Below, piece by piece: positions 18,565 through 27,414 of a stretch of 64,000 nucleotides of DNA; the stretch's first letter is position 1; every line of letters begins with the position of its first letter. A program made the position numbers and the translations under genes. Source of the DNA: an uncultured virus (IMG/VR IMGVR_UViG_3300031951_000036). Lineage: Duplodnaviria > Heunggongvirae > Uroviricota > Caudoviricetes. Where the stretch lies: IMG/VR virus record IMGVR_UViG_3300031951_000036; one strand, written 5' to 3'. The notes beneath the pieces were generated by a model, which worked only from the letters and a program-made list of their open reading frames with translations, did no database searches and was not told the DNA's origin.

Positions 18565-18761
18565 CCATCAACAACAGATTCAAGCTGGGCGAGCTTGTAT
18601 ACCTACGCACAGACCCGGACCAATTTCCCCGCATCATTGTAGCCCTACAGATCACAGTAGATGGCGGCATGCTTTACAAACTTGCCATCGGCATGAACGA
18701 GCAGTGGCACTATGAGATAGAACTCGCCAGAGAGAAAACACCAGACTTCCTACAGAACTAA
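18561..18761 (+). CDS. Small SH3-like hypothetical protein
   Basis: ATGA overlap; FKLGELVYLRTDPDQ. Confidence 0.55.
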   Translation: MTINNRFKLGELVYLRTDPDQFPRIIVALQITVDGGMLYKLAIGMNEQWHYEIELAREKTPDFLQN

Positions 18762-18807
18762 CCCTCGACCGCTACCTTGGGACCTGTTACGTGACAAGCA
18801 GGACAAA

Positions 18808-18836
18808 GACCCCGGCCTCATCGCTGGGGTTTTTTG
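18808..18836 (+). terminator. Intrinsic terminator
   Basis: GACCCCGGC...GCTGGGGTT followed by T tract. Confidence 0.7.
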
Positions 18837-19463
18837 TTGTCACATTTTTACCTAAGGATTTGTTACAAGACCACCGTACAAGTAACCGACTAAGTCACCG
18901 ACCAACTTGTCGCAAATGTTTGCAAAATCTGCATGAATTTTTCCAAATTCTTCATGCACAAATGTCCAGTTTTTTACACTAAAAACTTGACATAGGTAGC
19001 GCTACTTAGATGATCCCCCTAGGGTACGCTGGTTTTCACCTACCCCCGGTTAACTGCAGGGGTGAACATACCCCCCCCATGTTCCCACCAAGTTACCCAC
19101 CATGCTCAGGGACACAGAAACGTGTGAGGGGGAGGATTTGGTCTGAGGGGGAGAGAGTGGGGAGTCCCCACCAACACCACCCCCACCAAACCACACAACA
19201 CCGCCCACCCCCCATGAGATTCAGCAGTAAACCCAAATGATCATGAAGATTTTCATCATCGCGGGGCATACCATCATTGCTAAGTCACTCTCTGAGGCGT
19301 ACGCGTATTTCAGAGAGTTCTGCTTAGAGCAATGATTTGTCAGGGTCACGGGAGTGGCCCACCGCACAGCGACAGGGTGCATGCGATCTACAATGGAGAG
19401 ATAGATCGTATGCGCCCTTTAAATCAATTCACCTCTCTCCGCAACCTTTAAATTTTAGCTCAA

Positions 19464-20021
19464 ATGTCAGCTCAAATTTCTGTTCTCGCGTCTGAATCAG
19501 GCGCCAAAATCCGTGTTAGCAAGTCTAACCCTTCTCAAGGTTCAATCGCCCTTGTATCTGAGAAGGCCATCACTAATGGGCGTTGGGCGGAATCTCAAAC
19601 GAGAATCACCCGCATCATGGGAGACATCAAGGCCCTCAAAGCTTGGATGGACGCCTATGGGGACAATGTGCCTGGTCAGCTTGTCACCCTTGAGTATTTA
19701 GAGACCGAGCGTGAGGCGTATGCCAAGATGCTTAATCCCAAGAAAGAGGGAGAAGAGCAGCTGAAGTATGCCCTCAAGCGCCCAGGGAAAGACGGCCCTG
19801 TCTGTACTGCGGGTGGTGTGCGTATCCTGCGCTTCACCGAGTATGATCCTCAAGGGGTCATGCAGGACAAGCTCGTAGCGCATGACAATCAGGCTGAGAT
19901 CAAGGCGTGGCGTGAGGCCAAGAAGGCTGCCAAGTCTGAGTCAGCTCCTGAGGCTGCCGACACTCCTGCGGATCTTCCTGCTGAGCGTCCCAAGCGCACC
20001 CGCAAAAAGGCTGAGGCCTAA
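19464..20021 (+). CDS. Hypothetical protein, paralog A
   Basis: 185 aa; alignable by eye with 20271..20819. Confidence 0.75.
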   Translation: MSAQISVLASESGAKIRVSKSNPSQGSIALVSEKAITNGRWAESQTRITRIMGDIKALKAWMDAYGDNVPGQLVTLEYLETEREAYAKMLNPKKEGEEQLKYALKRPGKDGPVCTAGGVRILRFTEYDPQGVMQDKLVAHDNQAEIKAWREAKKAAKSESAPEAADTPADLPAERPKRTRKKAEA

Positions 20022-20270
20022 TTGCTGTGCTTCCTTACTACGCAGCGGTGGCTCTCTTCGGGGAGCTGCTGCCGCGTAGCCTACCGTTCCTCTACACGCA
20101 ACACTGTCTCACACCAGTGGAGCACCAGGAGGAACAATATGACACCATCGGTGTAGCGCGGTGATCAAAACGAGACCCTGCACTGCGCACCACTTGGGCC
20201 ACATTACACCCAAAACCACCCACCCACCAACAGGGTCAGTATAAATAATTAACCTAAAACAGTTTAACCA

Positions 20271-20819
20271 ATGAGCAAAGTAAAGCTTCAACCAACAGAG
20301 AGCGGTGCATTATTCACTGCAAGTAAGAACAACCCAGAGTACGGTTTCATCCAGGTGAGACAGTCTACCCTAAAGATGGGTGGCGGTCGCTGGGCAGAGA
20401 CTGAGGAAAGATCGGCCCTTGTATTGGGTACCATCCCCGTACTCAAGCAGATCATCCAGTCGGCCAAAGGCGGTGAGCTTCCAGGTCGCATTGTGGTCAT
20501 GGAGTGGCCACAGTCTGAGGTGCCTGCCCATATCCACAAGGAGATCATGGGTAAGAACACCGACGAGGAGAAGGCGTATAAGCGCTACTTCAAGCGTGCA
20601 GGTAAGGACGGCATGTTCTGTACCGTAGGAGGCGAGCGCATCGTTGCCTACAAGTACTGGGATCAGACCGGTGAGGTGCAAGACATCCGTTGCGCGCATG
20701 ACAATGGTGACGCCATTCGTCAGGCGTATGCTGCTGCGAAGGAGAAAGCTGCGGATGCGGCTGACCTTCCTGCAGAGCGCCCTGCTCGCTCCCGCAAAGG
20801 AGCGGAACTTCCTGCATAA
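20271..20819 (+). CDS. Hypothetical protein, paralog B
   Basis: 182 aa; shares GRWAE, PG.., KR.GKDG..CT.GG.RI, AHDN, ADLPAERP. Confidence 0.75.
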   Translation: MSKVKLQPTESGALFTASKNNPEYGFIQVRQSTLKMGGGRWAETEERSALVLGTIPVLKQIIQSAKGGELPGRIVVMEWPQSEVPAHIHKEIMGKNTDEEKAYKRYFKRAGKDGMFCTVGGERIVAYKYWDQTGEVQDIRCAHDNGDAIRQAYAAAKEKAADAADLPAERPARSRKGAELPA

Positions 20820-21246
20820 GGAAGTGGTGCCTCTCACATATATAGAGGGGGAGAGACTAACCTGGTCTCTCTTCCCTATATATAGAGAGAAGACACCCGC
20901 AGTTCTTTCAGAGCAACGCTCACACCTCCTCCATCACGACCCAAGCAGGGCCAAGCGCACTGATCAGAACGGTAAAAATCAGAGGTAACTCACTGAGTAT
21001 GAGGGAGTAAGGGTGAGGAACCACCACCCCTCACACCCTTTGTTGACTCCGTGACACACCCCACAAGTGCACAACTGTACCTCGCTGTAGATAGCTATAC
21101 CTAAGTAAGCGTGTAAGTACATGCGTATATCCGTACTTATGTCTGTCTATATATGCTTACCTATATATGTTGTTGTTTCTCTCTATAGGGAATCAGCATA
21201 CCAGCCACCCGTTTTTTCCATCAACCCTCAAATCCCCCGCACAACC

Positions 21247-21381
21247 ATGAAGTACTTTCACATACAAATGACAGCTGACAGTCCATGGATTGTTGAGCTT
21301 GGTGAATCCCTTACCCACGTTATGGCATACCTGGCTACGTTTGATACTATGCCTTATGCCTACTTCACTACACCGTACTAA
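21247..21381 (+). CDS. Small hypothetical protein
   Basis: ATG 21247 after A/C-rich leader. Confidence 0.4.
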   Translation: MKYFHIQMTADSPWIVELGESLTHVMAYLATFDTMPYAYFTTPY

Positions 21382-21399
21382 CTATTAATCTGAAACACC

Positions 21400-21645
21400 A
21401 TGAAACAGTTTCTCTTTCTCTGTGTGATATGCCTTATGGCATGCACCGCAGACACCTGGGTCTCTACATACCCTACTTCTGACAGCTCTCCCGTGGAAGA
21501 CGCTGTTCACCACATTGACTCTCTCCATCTCTCCTATGAAGATGTGACTGATGAGAACATCACCGATGCCATTCTTGAGACGGCTGATATGATGTCTCTC
21601 TCAGATGATGAGCTCCAGGCAGTAGTAGATCACTACGCTGATTGA
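21400..21645 (+). CDS. Putative small acidic lipoprotein
   Basis: MKQFLFLCVICLMAC signal peptide with lipobox-like Cys. Confidence 0.5.
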   Translation: MKQFLFLCVICLMACTADTWVSTYPTSDSSPVEDAVHHIDSLHLSYEDVTDENITDAILETADMMSLSDDELQAVVDHYAD

Positions 21646-21659
21646 TTTGATGCACATAG

Positions 21660-21925
21660 ACTGCACACTTGCTGTGTAGTTTGAAGATGATAACAGGCCC
21701 CACTATGGGCTGAAAAGCGTATGGGTTCAGAGCTGATAACTCTGTGTACCTGAAACAAACCAGGGGAACAAGACTGAACAGGAGCAATCCTGTTGAATGA
21801 ACAGCCTGGAGCATTAGTAGTATCGTTACTTCTAACGGCCTGAGATTTACATGGAAAACCGACTGGTGAAGTGATTGGTGGAACATGTATAAGCTGTACT
21901 CTGGCATCAACCAGACAATGCAGGT
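21660..21925 (+). ncRNA. Putative multi-hairpin structured RNA
   Basis: Contiguous hairpins incl. AACAGGA-GCAA-TCCTGTT, CCAGG/CCTGG, TACATG/CATGTA; followed by terminator. Confidence 0.45.
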
Positions 21926-21931
21926 TCTAAC

Positions 21932-21963
21932 AGAGAGGTAGGATAAACCTCTCTATTTTTTTC
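21932..21963 (+). terminator. Intrinsic terminator
   Basis: AGAGAGGT-AGGATAA-ACCTCTCT plus T tract. Confidence 0.7.
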
Positions 21964-21986
21964 TCAACCCTTAAAACTCAACTCCT

Positions 21987-22319
21987 ATGCAGATTGCAAA
22001 TCGTATGTACTCAAGTACTTGGGGCTTGTACAAAGGCTGTGTAGCCTACGAACACTGGGGTCATAAGACCTTGTATGTGTTCAAAGACGTTTCCCCCAAA
22101 CGTCTGAAGGAGCGTAATGTTATCTCCAAGTGGGGTCATTACAAGGTGAAGTATGTATCCAATGCACAACTGTTAGAGATGGACTACTTTCATGATATCA
22201 AGGCGGTTGTCTTTGATGGTAAGCTTGGGACAGGATACACCACCCCTTCTTCCTCAGGTTCATACCTTTTTTGCAAGCGCAAAGATGGGCCTGAACCCAC
22301 ACCCCGTGCACGTCGGTAA
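21987..22319 (+). CDS. Hypothetical protein
   Basis: 110 aa after AACCCTTAAA leader. Confidence 0.55.
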   Translation: MQIANRMYSSTWGLYKGCVAYEHWGHKTLYVFKDVSPKRLKERNVISKWGHYKVKYVSNAQLLEMDYFHDIKAVVFDGKLGTGYTTPSSSGSYLFCKRKDGPEPTPRARR

Positions 22320-22364
22320 GTGCATGGGGTTTTTTGCTAATACTACATCGCATTTAAGATACGT

Positions 22365-22558
22365 TCCGCAACATACAGCGGATAGTGTGTCCTACATGAT
22401 GAGAAACGGGGTGATGCCCGTATGGATTTGCTGACATGACAAGGTTATGTTAGGGTGACAACCTGCCGTTTAGTCTATTCCTAACCCTGACAATCTCTAA
22501 CAGACTGCTGAGACAGGGGACAGCCAGGACGCTTGCAAGTTGGATAGCATAGAGCGTT
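22365..22558 (+). ncRNA. Ornate structured RNA, copy 1
   Basis: Colinear with 40284-40495, with compensatory stem changes and invariant blocks. Confidence 0.75.
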
Positions 22559-22705
22559 ATAATATTAGGCCGTTTGACCCGCATGTGGGGAGGTCAAGAC
22601 TCATAACTGGATATGCTCGGTTATGTCGCGCTGAAGACAGAGCGCAAGGGGGACAGATAAAGTTCCCCCTAAATCTGTCGAAGTTTAACTCTTAATACCA
22701 CAACC

Positions 22706-22936
22706 ATGAGTAAGTTCATCGTGTTCAACACCCAGAAACAGGCAGAGCATTGGGTCAAGTTTCAAAATACCATTGTGAATAAGCAATTGGAGCTTTGGCA
22801 AGACTCTGAAGCATTTGCCTATTTCAAGTTGAGTTCCAAGAACCGTGTTGTCTACGTCAGTGGATGGCAGTGTGGCTGTGGATGCGATCAGGGGAACACC
22901 TCTGTGAGCGTAGTCGGGCGCTATAAACGCGCCTGA
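22706..22936 (+). CDS. Hypothetical protein
   Basis: 76 aa, CGCGC motif. Confidence 0.5.
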   Translation: MSKFIVFNTQKQAEHWVKFQNTIVNKQLELWQDSEAFAYFKLSSKNRVVYVSGWQCGCGCDQGNTSVSVVGRYKRA

Positions 22937-22968
22937 CTTTTACTTTGTAAACCCTTAAACCCTACGAT

Positions 22969-23190
22969 ATGCATGCGTCACGTTTTCACCCGTCCATGAT
23001 GGACAAGCCTTCTGAGAAGACATTTGAGGTAGTGATTTGCAAACAGCTCTCTCCTGAAGGTGCTTTCAACATCGCCTTTGATGGTGGTTTCCTTACAGAC
23101 CTTGGGTCTGATTTTTACAAATGCAAGCGAATACTTGCTGAAAACCTGAATCTAGAGATCATCAGCAACTATCCGATGGTCAATTACTAA
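22969..23190 (+). CDS. Hypothetical protein
   Basis: 73 aa after AACCCTTAAA leader. Confidence 0.45.
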   Translation: MHASRFHPSMMDKPSEKTFEVVICKQLSPEGAFNIAFDGGFLTDLGSDFYKCKRILAENLNLEIISNYPMVNY

Positions 23191-23357
23191 CCGCAGTTAA
23201 ATCAAAAACCCTTAAACAAATGAAAAAAGAGTTTAATCACGCTGACATGGAAAATGAGTTTAAACAAGGCATACTTGCCGGTGTACTCTTGACCGTCTGC
23301 ATTTGTGTTGTAGTAGTAACAATTTTTGTAAATGAACTTTCTTAAAACCACTGAACT

Positions 23358-23564
23358 ATGAGAACATTTATTGCCGTTATGGCTTTCTTAGGAACATATT
23401 GCTGTCTTTACGCGTGTGTGGCAGCATTCTTTGCCATGGTTACCACCGGTACCTTTCAGGAAATCGCTGGTCATCCTGCCTACATGGTTTTTCCAAGTGT
23501 TGTTTACCTGTTTGTAGCAGGAGCTGTGGCAGATGACGTACACGAGACCTATGGCCAAGCTTAA
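23358..23564 (+). CDS. Small membrane protein
   Basis: Two hydrophobic segments. Confidence 0.5.
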   Translation: MRTFIAVMAFLGTYCCLYACVAAFFAMVTTGTFQEIAGHPAYMVFPSVVYLFVAGAVADDVHETYGQA

Positions 23565-23682
23565 AGTCGTTGAAGTTTCTATGCAGGAGATCTGGGCGCA
23601 CACGCGTCCAGTCCTGCACAAGAACAAGAAGAAGTACACACGAAAAACTAAACATAAACCAAAATCCAAAGACGATGAGTAA
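23551..23682 (+). CDS. Small basic protein (43 aa, not in ORF track)
   Basis: MAKLKVVEVSMQEIWAHTRPVLHKNKKKYTRKTKHK; overlaps both neighbours. Confidence 0.45.
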   Translation: MAKLKVVEVSMQEIWAHTRPVLHKNKKKYTRKTKHKPKSKDDE

Positions 23683-23908
23683 CATTCACTACATGTTTGA
23701 CTACGTAAGCACCCTTGAGGATAAGCCCAAGGTGATACGCAAGTACATTGACACAGATACCATGACCTATAAGCTTGACAAGTTTGAGCTGACCAAGAAA
23801 GGTCTGAAGGGTATGGATGTGTTTCATGGACAACGCGTTCATGGCTACGTACGCTCAGGCAAGTACGTGGTGTTAGGATTGTTTGTGGACCCAAATACCT
23901 ATCATTGA
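23675..23908 (+). CDS. Hypothetical protein
   Basis: ATG 23675 in ORF-track frame. Confidence 0.5.
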   Translation: MSNIHYMFDYVSTLEDKPKVIRKYIDTDTMTYKLDKFELTKKGLKGMDVFHGQRVHGYVRSGKYVVLGLFVDPNTYH

Positions 23909-23909
23909 T

Positions 23910-24080
23910 ATGGAAAGTACACCAAAAGAAAAAGTATGGACAGTTGTCCTACATTTTGACCGTGACCAGACTCAGATCATCACCGGTCTTACCAGAGAGC
24001 AGGCTGAAAGACACCTTCATGTAGGTGTATTTGTTAACCAGGATTGTGTAAACGCACAAGTATTCAGGACAAGCAAATGA
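23910..24080 (+). CDS. Hypothetical protein
   Basis: Tightly packed small ORF. Confidence 0.45.
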   Translation: MESTPKEKVWTVVLHFDRDQTQIITGLTREQAERHLHVGVFVNQDCVNAQVFRTSK

Positions 24081-24469
24081 GACTGCTGTTAATCCTTATG
24101 AGCTGGGTGGTTGGTTTTTCCACCCAAGCTCAGATCTTTTACAAGATCACTTCTGTTGCAGGTGGCACTTGCTGTACCAAACCTGTATCTGTTTCTGATT
24201 ATCAGTTTACTAAAGCTGACTCTTGCAATCTTGATATGGTTTTTGGGGAAGACATGGTAATAACCATTGACTCAAAAGGTATAAATCATAAATATGTATT
24301 GCTTGGGCAGGAAGAGTTTTCATCAGCACTTCAAAGTTTCAAAGCCCTAAACCTGCTTAACAACACCTTTGTCAAAATCACATTTGACCATAGAAACTTG
24401 GATAATGCGCTTATGATTATTGAGTTTCCTGAAAACTATGCATTGTCTTACCAAATTGTAGTTCTGTAG
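24077..24469 (+). CDS. Putative secreted protein
   Basis: MRLLLILMSWVVGFSTQAQ signal peptide (A-Q cleavage site typical of Bacteroidota). Confidence 0.5.
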   Translation: MRLLLILMSWVVGFSTQAQIFYKITSVAGGTCCTKPVSVSDYQFTKADSCNLDMVFGEDMVITIDSKGINHKYVLLGQEEFSSALQSFKALNLLNNTFVKITFDHRNLDNALMIIEFPENYALSYQIVVL

Positions 24470-24631
24470 TTAAAGCTGAAGTGTGCACGCCCGTCGTTCC
24501 ATGTTTTGTTTTTGATTGTTTTGTTTTGTGGCTGCCTGGCGGGCAGGGTTTACTGCTATTGACCGCACTTAAAGTCTGCTGGCAACAGACGCTTCAGTTT
24601 TTTTTGTTTAACCTAAAATCCAATACCTGTT

Positions 24632-25165
24632 ATGAAAAAAGCATACAGTTTTATAACCGCAACTTTGTTATTCAGCGTACTGATGCAGTTTGCCATCAGT
24701 GGCTACACCGCCTATTACGGCATTGAACAGCCTTATGACGACATGCCATTTCTGTTTTGGCTGAACCTGTTTGTAAACATTGCCTTTGTCAGCAGTCTTT
24801 GTGGCTTCTTTGTTTATGTAGGTATCATCATCAGTGACTATGTAAACAACTACGAAAGTCCCAAAGACCGCGTGAAGATGTACCACTCAGAAGCTGAAAT
24901 TTCCTGGACAGAGATAGAGCGTGATGATGAGGGAGAAGAGATTTCCAGAGAAAGATTTGGATTGAGGTTTGTGCACAACATGTCACGCTATGATAATGAC
25001 CAGGCCTTATCTAATGTGGTTCAAGTATGGCATAATTGGCGCAGTGCTAACGATTGCAGAGAAAAGCGCTCAGTTCAAGACTTCTGTGAGTTTGTGAACG
25101 TACACACTATGTATAAAGCTGCTCCTACCAAAGAAGAGTTTATTAACCTGTTAAAACATCACTAA
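24632..25165 (+). CDS. Membrane-anchored hypothetical protein
   Basis: Two N-terminal hydrophobic helices. Confidence 0.55.
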   Translation: MKKAYSFITATLLFSVLMQFAISGYTAYYGIEQPYDDMPFLFWLNLFVNIAFVSSLCGFFVYVGIIISDYVNNYESPKDRVKMYHSEAEISWTEIERDDEGEEISRERFGLRFVHNMSRYDNDQALSNVVQVWHNWRSANDCREKRSVQDFCEFVNVHTMYKAAPTKEEFINLLKHH

Positions 25166-25166
25166 T

Positions 25167-25736
25167 ATGGGACTATACCGCTTTAACAAAAACACTTTGA
25201 AACATGAGCCTGTAAACACCGCAGAAATGTGGGCTCTTGGTGTTTTGCTTGCACTTGTAATGATTGCCATTGTGATGGTAAGCTGTGCGTTCTCCTGGGA
25301 AAATGGTAAAATCCATGGCAAGTCGTGCGTCAACGATTCAGAGCTTCGCCTGATCATTGAGAAGCATGATGAGTTCAGTCCAGAGAAATTGCAACGCTAT
25401 TTGATAGACCTGAACATTAAGTTCCCTCACATTGTGTATGCACAGGCATGCCTGGAGACGGGTAACTTTAGCTCTGAGGTGTTCAAGAATAACCGCAATC
25501 TGTTTGGTATGAAAGAGGCCAAGAAAAGAGCCACTACCAACTGCGGTACAGACCTTGGACACGCTGTGTACTTTACCTGGCGTGAGTCCGTCCTGGATTA
25601 TGCTTTGTACCAGACTGCATTTCTTTCACAAATCAGCACTGAAGAAGAATACTACAACTACTTAAGCCAATTCTATGCAGAAGATCCTTCGTATGTTAGT
25701 AAGGTTAAGACAATTGCACAAAAGGCTGACGCGTGA
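25167..25736 (+). CDS. Membrane-anchored GH73-like glucosaminidase (peptidoglycan hydrolase)
   Basis: IVYAQACLETG ... NLFGMK ... YAEDPSY signature; N-terminal TM helix. Confidence 0.8.
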   Translation: MGLYRFNKNTLKHEPVNTAEMWALGVLLALVMIAIVMVSCAFSWENGKIHGKSCVNDSELRLIIEKHDEFSPEKLQRYLIDLNIKFPHIVYAQACLETGNFSSEVFKNNRNLFGMKEAKKRATTNCGTDLGHAVYFTWRESVLDYALYQTAFLSQISTEEEYYNYLSQFYAEDPSYVSKVKTIAQKADA

Positions 25737-25953
25737 AGAAGCGTTCTATGCCATCCGTGAGTGTCGTCCTTACTCCCTGATCATTATTGATCACACCCAC
25801 AACAGCCTGAAACAGCTGGAATTTACTGAGTTGAAAGATGCCATGTCCCATATCTATGGGGCATGTGACACGCACTTCAATAAAGAGTTCCTGGTATATG
25901 CCAACACCAGCAAAGGCACAAGGTTTTTGAAGTTTAACCCTGTAATCTCTTAG
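25675..25953 (+). CDS. Hypothetical protein (start uncertain)
   Basis: Fills operon gap. Confidence 0.4.
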   Translation: MQKILRMLVRLRQLHKRLTREEAFYAIRECRPYSLIIIDHTHNSLKQLEFTELKDAMSHIYGACDTHFNKEFLVYANTSKGTRFLKFNPVIS

Positions 25954-25956
25954 TCC

Positions 25957-26217
25957 ATGCCCAAGTATGATGAAAGATTCGCTCAGGAAGCTCAAGAAGA
26001 AGAGTACCTGAAGATGAAACACTTTGATGATGAATATTGGTATGGAATCTTCTCAGAAGACCTGCGCATAAAAGAACCGCCATTTATTGCTATAGGCTAT
26101 AACCAACAGATAGAGCCAGTCCTGGTGCGTGCCCGTACCAGAGAGGAACTTGAGCTGTTGTGTAAAAAGCATGAGCTGACTGCGGTGTCCGTATATGAAC
26201 CTAAACACTTCATTTGA
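25957..26217 (+). CDS. Hypothetical protein
   Basis: 86 aa. Confidence 0.5.
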   Translation: MPKYDERFAQEAQEEEYLKMKHFDDEYWYGIFSEDLRIKEPPFIAIGYNQQIEPVLVRARTREELELLCKKHELTAVSVYEPKHFI

Positions 26218-26411
26218 TGATGTATTTGATCCTGTTGCTCTATGTCTTTGGAGCATTCATTATTCACCTGAACTTTCAACGCGAAGGTAAGCTGGTTGTG
26301 GGGGACATTTTAATGTTCCTCACCAGCCCCTTCAGCATGATTACCGTTATGGTTATGAAGCTGGTATCCCACTTCATTGACACAGAGACGGTGATTTATC
26401 AGAAGCGCTGA
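26214..26411 (+). CDS. Small membrane protein
   Basis: Two hydrophobic segments. Confidence 0.45.
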   Translation: MMMYLILLLYVFGAFIIHLNFQREGKLVVGDILMFLTSPFSMITVMVMKLVSHFIDTETVIYQKR

Positions 26412-26560
26412 ATATCCTGTGGATAAACCTCACTGGCGTGTGAATCACGCTCTGTTTTTTGTTGACAAATAATGCTGTTCAGTAACCCTCAAATTTTAGA
26501 GAGTTACATCTACAGAATGTAAATTTACACCTCTACAAAATACCATAATTAGTTGTAACT

Positions 26561-27091
26561 ATGAAGAAAATTGCAATTGTATGTGCAAATGCACAGGGTA
26601 TCATATCCATTGATGACAATGGACGCGCTAAAATGGAGCGCTATGACAAAATATACCAGTCTGCGGGGCGTAATAACCGCGTGCGCAAGACTGCACAACG
26701 TGTTGAGACTGAGTCTCTTCACTTGAATATCATCCAACGCCAGATGTTCCGTCGTCTGATGTATGGTCTTAAAGAGTATTCCCCTGAACAGGTAGCTGCC
26801 ATGAGTCCTTCTGCTTTGGGTCGCATTGTGGATGACTACAAGAAAGCCAAGCGTGCTTTGCATGTGTTAAAGGCCAAGAAGCACTTCCGCATTGAGACCA
26901 AGCTGATCAATGAAATCTTCCGTCACTGCCCTATAGGGGAGAAAGACTTTGACTGGTTTGATCCGCTTCCTAAGAATGTAACCTTGCGTTCATTGGGTAT
27001 TTCTACCAAAGAAGTGGTAGATGAGTTTATCCGTCGCAGGCTGCTGCCCAAGAATTTTTACAGTTTAACAGAACAATCACCTGTACTATGA
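26561..27091 (+). CDS. Basic hypothetical protein (crAss-like conserved)
   Basis: 176 aa, RRLMYGL...LLPKNFY; CTCTACA boxes upstream. Confidence 0.6.
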   Translation: MKKIAIVCANAQGIISIDDNGRAKMERYDKIYQSAGRNNRVRKTAQRVETESLHLNIIQRQMFRRLMYGLKEYSPEQVAAMSPSALGRIVDDYKKAKRALHVLKAKKHFRIETKLINEIFRHCPIGEKDFDWFDPLPKNVTLRSLGISTKEVVDEFIRRRLLPKNFYSLTEQSPVL

Positions 27092-27414
27092 CAGAACAGA
27101 CAACCCAACCCGCTGAGGACCTAAAATACGGGGGACTCAACAACAAAGAGCTCCTGCTTGTGTATTACAAGATGAAGGACTTTGTCAATAACCTGGAAGA
27201 AAACCTGGAGAAACGCAAAATCCAAAAGGTCATAGACACCCCGATGGGCAGAGGCGTAGCGTACATGGACATTTCAGAAGAGCATGTGGACAAATTCAAA
27301 TCCACTGAGTACTACAAAACCATGCACAATGTGCTTGAAAAGCTGCAAGTGGTAGTGGAAGTGATTGAAGATTGTGATGCAGGCTGTAAAGCATTTGCGG
27401 ATGAACTACGGTAG
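27088..27414 (+). CDS. Hypothetical protein
   Basis: ATGA overlap. Confidence 0.55.
   Translation: MTEQTTQPAEDLKYGGLNNKELLLVYYKMKDFVNNLEENLEKRKIQKVIDTPMGRGVAYMDISEEHVDKFKSTEYYKTMHNVLEKLQVVVEVIEDCDAGCKAFADELR

Noticed and set aside
22472..22525. Assigning the duplicated RNA to group I intron (AGACT/AGTCT as P7) or twister ribozyme
   Set aside because: P7-like strands are in reverse order and no exon context exists; twister pseudoknot pairing is not kept in both copies
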